From Acidimicrobiia bacterium (lineage in GTDB: Bacteria; Actinomycetota; Acidimicrobiia; Spongiisociales; ZC4RG35): DNA of 64,000 nucleotides. Of the stretch, positions 58,987-64,000 are shown piece by piece (within the stretch, counting starts at the first letter, position 1; every line of letters starts with the position of its first letter). The notes under the pieces were generated by a model that was not told where the DNA came from, searched no databases, and was given only the letters and a program-made list of their open reading frames with translations. Made by a program: the position numbers and the translations under genes. The stretch lies in contig DATHUP010000051.1 in assembly GCA_035462175.1 (NCBI GenBank), positions 4,418 through 68,417 of the forward strand, in the 5' to 3' direction.

Positions 58987-59628
58987 ATGGTCGCTGAGCT
59001 GGCTCCCCGACCCGCCCAACCCGGTTGGATAACCGCGGTTCGCAGTCTGGGGCGGAACACCGCCCTGCTCCGTTCCGTGGTGACCGGGATGATCATGCTC
59101 GGCATCGTCGGCGACGTGGTGCGGCGATCGCTCACCGGTCGCTCCATCCCGGGCATGATCGAGCTGGTCGAGACCTTCATGGCCCTCGAGGTCTTCCTCG
59201 GGCTTGCCCACGCCGAGGCTCAGGGCGTCCATGTCCGGATGAGCCTGGCCACCAACCTGATGCCGTTCCCGGTGCGCCGCGCCGTCAAGACCTTCGGGAT
59301 GGTTACCTGCCTGCTCGGCTCGGCCTGGTTCGCCTGGGGCTCGATCGTCAGGGCGATCGACGCCACCGCAGTAGGTGAGGTCAAACCGGGGCTGCTCAGG
59401 TTCCCGGTGTATCCGGCGAGATGGGCCATCGCCTTCGGTTTCTTCATCCTCATCTTCGAGTACGTGGCGCGAGCCTGGGAGGAGTGGCACGCCGAGCCGA
59501 CCGAGGCCGCTCTGGCCCCGACCACACCGGTCGACATCGAGAAGTCGGCCCTGGCCACAGACGAGGAGCGCGTCGACCGGATCGTCGAAACCCTCGACCG
59601 TCTCAACCGAGAGGACGAGGAGCGATAG
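58987..59628 (+). CDS. TRAP transporter small permease (DctQ family) with an acidic C-terminal extension
   Basis: 4 TM and typical position directly upstream of, and abutting, the large permease gene. Confidence 0.75.
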   Translation: MVAELAPRPAQPGWITAVRSLGRNTALLRSVVTGMIMLGIVGDVVRRSLTGRSIPGMIELVETFMALEVFLGLAHAEAQGVHVRMSLATNLMPFPVRRAVKTFGMVTCLLGSAWFAWGSIVRAIDATAVGEVKPGLLRFPVYPARWAIAFGFFILIFEYVARAWEEWHAEPTEAALAPTTPVDIEKSALATDEERVDRIVETLDRLNREDEER

Positions 59629-60944
59629 TGGAGGCCGGGACCATCCTCGTCATCGTCGCCCTGATCTTCGTCGTGCTCCTCGTCTCAGAGGTGCCCATCG
59701 CCTTCGTCCTCGCCCTGGCCGGGGCGATCGGCATCCTCCTGACCCGCGGTCTCGAGGTGACCACGGCCGCAGTGGGCAACGTGCCCTACACCGCGGTGGC
59801 CAACTACAGCCTGAGCATCGTCCCGATGTATGTCCTGGTCGGGGTCTTCGCCGTGTTCGCCCGCATCGCCGAGCATGTGTACACCGTCGCCGACCGCCTC
59901 CTCTTCCGGGTCCGCGGCGGGCTGGGTGTGGCCACCATCAGCGCCTGTGCCGGGTTTGCCGCCGTCACCGGCTCGAGTGTGGCCACCGCGGCCACCATCG
60001 GCCGTCTCGCCATAGAGGAGATGCGCAAACGGGGCTACTCCGACACTCTGGCCGCCGGTCTCGTCGCCGCCGCCGGCACCCTGGGGATCATGATCCCTCC
60101 CTCGATCATCCTGGCCATCTACGGGATCCTCACCCGGGAGTCGATCGCCTCACTGCTGCTGGCCGGGGTCATCCCCGGAATCGTCTCCGCCGTTTTCTAC
60201 ATCGTCTACATCGTGCTCAAGGGAACCGGGAAGGGAAAGCGAACCACCGACCTCGACGTCATGAAACGATCGGTGAGGAGTCTGCCCTGGCGTGGCGTGG
60301 TCCGGGTGGCGATCATCTTCCTCCTCGTCATGGGCGGGGTCTACGGCGGGTGGTTCACCGTCACTGAGTCGGGCGCCCTCGGCGCCTTCTTCGCCCTGAT
60401 CATCATGCTGGTCGAGCTGAGGACCGAGGGGATCAGGAGGGTGTTCGCCGTGCTCAAGGCCGCCTTCCTCGAGGTGGCCGCGGTGACCAGCATGTCGTTC
60501 TTCATCTTCATCGGATCGTCGATCTTCACCTTCTACCTGGTCTCGGCGGGGATCCCGACCGCTTTCCTCCGCTGGGTGACCGGTCTCCAGGCCGAACCGG
60601 TGCTGGTGGTCGCCCTGCTCCTCCTCGTCCTCATCCCGATGGGGATGGCGCTCGACTCGTTGTCGATCCTGGTCATATTCGTCCCTCTCACCTATCCGGT
60701 GGTCAGCGCCCTCGGCTTCGACGGGATCTGGTTCGGCATCCTGGTGGTGAAGGGCATCGAACTGGGCCAGATCTCCCCACCGGTCGGGATCAACGCTTAT
60801 GTCGTCTCCGGGGTGAGCGGGATACCGCCGGAGCGGGTCTTCCGGGGCGTCTGGCCCTTCGCCAGCCTCGATGTCGCCCTCGGCGTCGTCCTCTTCCTCT
60901 TCCCGGCGATCATCCTCTGGCTACCCAACCTGGTCGGCTCATGA
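59628..60944 (+). CDS. TRAP transporter large permease (DctM family)
   Basis: 438 aa from GTG 59628, which overlaps the dctQ TAG by 1 nt. Typical DctM sequence (TGSSVATAATIG, GTLGIMIPPS, GIxxPPV-like region). Confidence 0.9.
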   Translation: MEAGTILVIVALIFVVLLVSEVPIAFVLALAGAIGILLTRGLEVTTAAVGNVPYTAVANYSLSIVPMYVLVGVFAVFARIAEHVYTVADRLLFRVRGGLGVATISACAGFAAVTGSSVATAATIGRLAIEEMRKRGYSDTLAAGLVAAAGTLGIMIPPSIILAIYGILTRESIASLLLAGVIPGIVSAVFYIVYIVLKGTGKGKRTTDLDVMKRSVRSLPWRGVVRVAIIFLLVMGGVYGGWFTVTESGALGAFFALIIMLVELRTEGIRRVFAVLKAAFLEVAAVTSMSFFIFIGSSIFTFYLVSAGIPTAFLRWVTGLQAEPVLVVALLLLVLIPMGMALDSLSILVIFVPLTYPVVSALGFDGIWFGILVVKGIELGQISPPVGINAYVVSGVSGIPPERVFRGVWPFASLDVALGVVLFLFPAIILWLPNLVGS

Positions 60945-62686
60945 GCGCCGGCGAGGATCCGGCGGCCGGCGTCGAGATGCGCATCGAATGGGACCTTCCC
61001 GTCCCCACCGACGACGGCCTCGTGCTCCGGGCCGACGTCTATCTGCCCGTCGAGCCCGGCGTCTACCCGGTCTTGTTGAGCTACGGCCCGTACGGCAAAG
61101 GTCTCGCCTTCCAGGAGGCCTACAAGCCGCAATGGGACTACATGATCGAGCACTACCCCGAGGTGGGCGAGGGCACCTCCAACCAGTACCAGAACTGGGA
61201 GGTGGTCGACCCCGAGAAGTGGGTCCCCGACGGCTATGTCTGCGTCCGGGTCGACTCGAGGGGCACCGGCCGCTCCCCGGGCGAGGTCGACGTCTGGTCG
61301 AGGCGGGAAGCACTCGACCTCTACCAGTGCATCGAATGGGCAGCGGAACAGCCGTGGAGCAACGGGCGGATCGGTCTGGCCGGGATCTCCTACTACGCCA
61401 TGAACCAGTATCAGGTGGCGGCATTGAACCCGCCTCATCTCGCCGCGATATGCCCCTGGGAGGGGGCGTCGGACTGGTATCGGGAGTTCGCCCGGCACGG
61501 GGGTATCCTCTGTGAGTTCGCCGCCGACTGGTATCCGAGACAGGTCGAGAACGTCCAGCACGGGGTGGGCGAACGGGGCTACACCTCGGCGGTCACCGGC
61601 GAGCTGGTAGCCGGCCCCGACACCCTCGACTCCGACGAGCTGGCCCCGCGCCGCGCCGATCTCGCCGCCGACGTCAAGAGCCGCCCCCTGATCGACGACT
61701 GGTATCGGGAGCGGAACCCGGATTGGGCCTCGGTGACGGTGCCGATGCTGTCGGCGGCGAACTGGGGTGGTCACGGGCTCCACGCCCGGGGGAACATCGA
61801 GGCGTTCGTCCGGGCAGCCTCGGAGCAGAAGTGGCTGGAGGTCCACGGCGACGCCCACTGGGTCGACTTCTACACCGACCGTGGTGTCGCCCTGCAGAAG
61901 GAGTTCTTCGATCATTTCCTCAAGGGCGAGGACAACGGATGGGACCGGCGTCCCCCGGTGCAGCTCCGGGTTCGTCACGCCGACGGCTCGCTGGTCGACC
62001 GGATGGAGAATGAGTGGCCTCTGGCCAGGACCGAATGGACCGAATACCACCTGACCGGTGAGGGCGGACTGGAGGTCGACATGCCGGCGGAGGCCAAGGT
62101 GGCCTACGACACCAGCGGCGACGGGATCACCTTCCGGACGGCGCCGTTCCAGTCGACGACGGAGATCACCGGGCCGATGGCCGCCAAGCTCTTGATCTCC
62201 TCGGAGACCAGCGACGCCGACCTGTTCCTGGTGGTCGGCCTGTTCGACCCCGACGGCGAGGAGATCACCTTCATGGGGGCGCTCGACCCCAACACCCCGG
62301 TGGCCCAGGGCTGGCTTCGTGCCTCCCATCGTGAGCTCGACCCGGACCTGACCCTCCCCTACCGGCCCTATCACACCCACACCCGCTCCGAGCCGCTGGT
62401 TCCCGGCGAGGTCTACGAGCTCGATGTCGAGATCTGGCCGACGTCGATCGTGGTTCCGGCCGGCTACCACATCGGGCTGACGGTCCGAGGCAGCGACTAC
62501 CGCTACGACGGTGAGCTGACCGAGTTCGCCAAGACCTTCCACTACGCCAACCGTGGTATCGGGCCGTTCACTCACACCGACCCCGACGACCGCCCCTCCG
62601 AGATCTTCGACACCCGGGTGACCCTGCATCTGGGCGGTTCCACCGCCTCACGTCTTCTTCTCCCCATCATCCCCACCGCCATCTGA
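60941..62686 (+). CDS. CocE/NonD-family hydrolase (X-Pro dipeptidyl-peptidase S15 fold)
   Basis: YLPVEPGVYPVLLSYGPYGKG, nucleophile context GLAGISYYA, and a C-terminal galactose-binding-like domain. ATGA overlap with dctM. Confidence 0.88.
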   Translation: MSAGEDPAAGVEMRIEWDLPVPTDDGLVLRADVYLPVEPGVYPVLLSYGPYGKGLAFQEAYKPQWDYMIEHYPEVGEGTSNQYQNWEVVDPEKWVPDGYVCVRVDSRGTGRSPGEVDVWSRREALDLYQCIEWAAEQPWSNGRIGLAGISYYAMNQYQVAALNPPHLAAICPWEGASDWYREFARHGGILCEFAADWYPRQVENVQHGVGERGYTSAVTGELVAGPDTLDSDELAPRRADLAADVKSRPLIDDWYRERNPDWASVTVPMLSAANWGGHGLHARGNIEAFVRAASEQKWLEVHGDAHWVDFYTDRGVALQKEFFDHFLKGEDNGWDRRPPVQLRVRHADGSLVDRMENEWPLARTEWTEYHLTGEGGLEVDMPAEAKVAYDTSGDGITFRTAPFQSTTEITGPMAAKLLISSETSDADLFLVVGLFDPDGEEITFMGALDPNTPVAQGWLRASHRELDPDLTLPYRPYHTHTRSEPLVPGEVYELDVEIWPTSIVVPAGYHIGLTVRGSDYRYDGELTEFAKTFHYANRGIGPFTHTDPDDRPSEIFDTRVTLHLGGSTASRLLLPIIPTAI

Positions 62687-62759
62687 CAAAATGGCCCATA
62701 GGATGCAGACAAGGGGCCAGGGTAGGATTTGCCCCATCAACGTGAAGGGTCAGGAATAG

Positions 62760-63458
62760 ATGCTGCGACCAACGACAGCCAGAGAGTTCGTGCGCGACCA
62801 GCTTCGCCAGCAGATTCTGTCGGGTGAGGTCCCGGGTGGCGCTCGTCTCGTCCAGACCCAGGTGGCCAGCGACTTCAAGGTGAGCACCACTCCGGTGCGC
62901 GAGGCCCTGCTCGACCTGGCCTCGGAGGGTCTGGTCCGGTTCGACTCCCACCGCGGGGCGGTGGTCAGCCAGCCCAACATCGAGGAGTTGTGGGAGACCT
63001 TCGAGCTGCGCCGGGTGCTCGAGCCGATGGTGATGAGACTGGCGGTGCCGAAGATGACACCTGACATCGCCGATCGTCTCGACCATCTCTGCGACCGGAT
63101 GGAGGCAACGACGAATCCCGTGGAGTGGGTGCCGCTGAACAGGGAGTTCCACGGCGTGTTCATGGACATATGTCAGAGCCCCCGGTTGGCCGCCTTCGTG
63201 GGGGTCCTCCACGACAGCGCCATGACCTTCCTCACCACCGCCATGCGCTTTCGCCCCGAGATGATGGACTACGGCAACCGTGACCACCGGATCATGGCCA
63301 ACGCCGCTAGGGAAGGCGACATGGAGACGGCGACCACTTGCGCCAGCGACCACATGAACATCACCATGACCGCGGCCAAGGGCCTCTTCGGCGGGTCGGC
63401 CCCGGTCACTGAGGCGGCCATGGCGTCGCTCTCCGAGGTTTCCTCGCCTACCAGCTGA
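62760..63458 (+). CDS. GntR-family transcriptional regulator with an FCD ligand domain
   Basis: N-terminal wHTH (LVQTQVASDFKVSTTPVREALLDLASEGLV) and an FCD-type helical C-domain with His residues. Confidence 0.85.
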   Translation: MLRPTTAREFVRDQLRQQILSGEVPGGARLVQTQVASDFKVSTTPVREALLDLASEGLVRFDSHRGAVVSQPNIEELWETFELRRVLEPMVMRLAVPKMTPDIADRLDHLCDRMEATTNPVEWVPLNREFHGVFMDICQSPRLAAFVGVLHDSAMTFLTTAMRFRPEMMDYGNRDHRIMANAAREGDMETATTCASDHMNITMTAAKGLFGGSAPVTEAAMASLSEVSSPTS

Positions 63459-63547
63459 CCTAGGCGAACCCTGATCCGGGACCCTGAGCCGACGATCCGG
63501 GGTTCCCCCGATGGCCGCATTTCGAGTCGGGACGAAGACTTGGGTGC

Positions 63548-64000
63548 ATGAGCACCTACAGACACGCCCTCGACCTGGCCGGGAAGACCCCCACCAGTCG
63601 CAACCGTTATGTCGACTTCCTCCGGGCCGCCTCGATCATCGTGGTGGTGCTCGGTCACTGGCTGATGGCCGCACCTCACGTGGTGCCGGGAGGGCTCGAG
63701 TACAACGTCCTGCTCTCGGAGGCGAGCTGGACCCGCTACCTGACCTGGATCCTCCAGGTGATGCCGATCTTCTTCCTGGTGGGTGGCTACGCCAACGCGG
63801 TGAGCTGGCGTTCTGCCATGCGCAGGGACGAGTCCTACGGGATCTGGCTGAGGGCCCGGCTGCGACGTCTCCTGCTCCCGGTGCTGCCCCTGCTCGCGGT
63901 GTGGACCGTCGGCGCGTACATACTGCTGCAGACCGGGTACGACCGCTCCTTGCTTCAATTCGGGTCGCAGGGGGCACTGGTCCCGGTGTGGTTCCTCGCC
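63548..64000 (+). CDS. acyltransferase-3 (OafA-like) family membrane protein, 5' part (runs off the window)
   Basis: ATG 63548, reading MSTYRHALDLAGKTPTSRNRYVDFLRAASIIVVVLGHWLM..MPIFFLVGGYA. The RxxxxDxLR..HW start is typical of acyltransferase 3. The frame is open to the window end. Confidence 0.7.
   Translation, partial: MSTYRHALDLAGKTPTSRNRYVDFLRAASIIVVVLGHWLMAAPHVVPGGLEYNVLLSEASWTRYLTWILQVMPIFFLVGGYANAVSWRSAMRRDESYGIWLRARLRRLLLPVLPLLAVWTVGAYILLQTGYDRSLLQFGSQGALVPVWFLA

Overview
High-GC, densely coding chromosomal segment of actinobacterial type. Supporting hints are a two-domain MshD-like GNAT, an F420/LLM-type oxidoreductase, a DUF222-HNH (REP13E12-like) gene behind a Cheo-type LexA box, and ECF sigma/RskA. 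I support about 70 CDS, one tRNA-Lys(UUU), one TPP riboswitch and several hairpins and repeats. No CRISPR array, rRNA, transposase or integrase was seen.

Blocks in order:
- 0.5-3.3 kb: pntAA-pntAB-pntB transhydrogenase.
- 4.1-5.3 kb: ECF sigma and anti-sigma pair.
- 9.7-13.1 kb: TPP-riboswitch-controlled thiBPQ-type importer.
- 13.2-18 kb: lipid and acyl-CoA genes.
- 23.4-26.3 kb: ferredoxin / ApbE / ferric-reductase-like operon with three unknown membrane proteins.
- 27.1-39.4 kb: divergent 10-gene ygeW/ssnA/ygfK-type N-heterocycle catabolic locus (molybdenum hydroxylase, two atypical carbamoyltransferases, carbamate kinase, two PLP enzymes, SsnA-like amidohydrolase, truncated YgfK-like Fe-S flavoprotein).
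- 40.2-53.5 kb: accessory stretch around tRNA-Lys. It holds a 42-nt duplication of the tRNA 3' half, an HNH/DUF222 gene, unknown proteins, a standalone ComEC-type MBL hydrolase pair, a membrane-EEP fusion and an amidase_2.
- 53.6-63.5 kb: TRAP-transporter-linked catabolic island with a GntR regulator.

The best candidates for an undescribed system are the 27-39 kb catabolic locus, the 23-26 kb ApbE/ferric-reductase operon, and the MBL two-gene module at 47.3-49.1 kb.

All family assignments come from reading motifs in the supplied translations. No database search was run.
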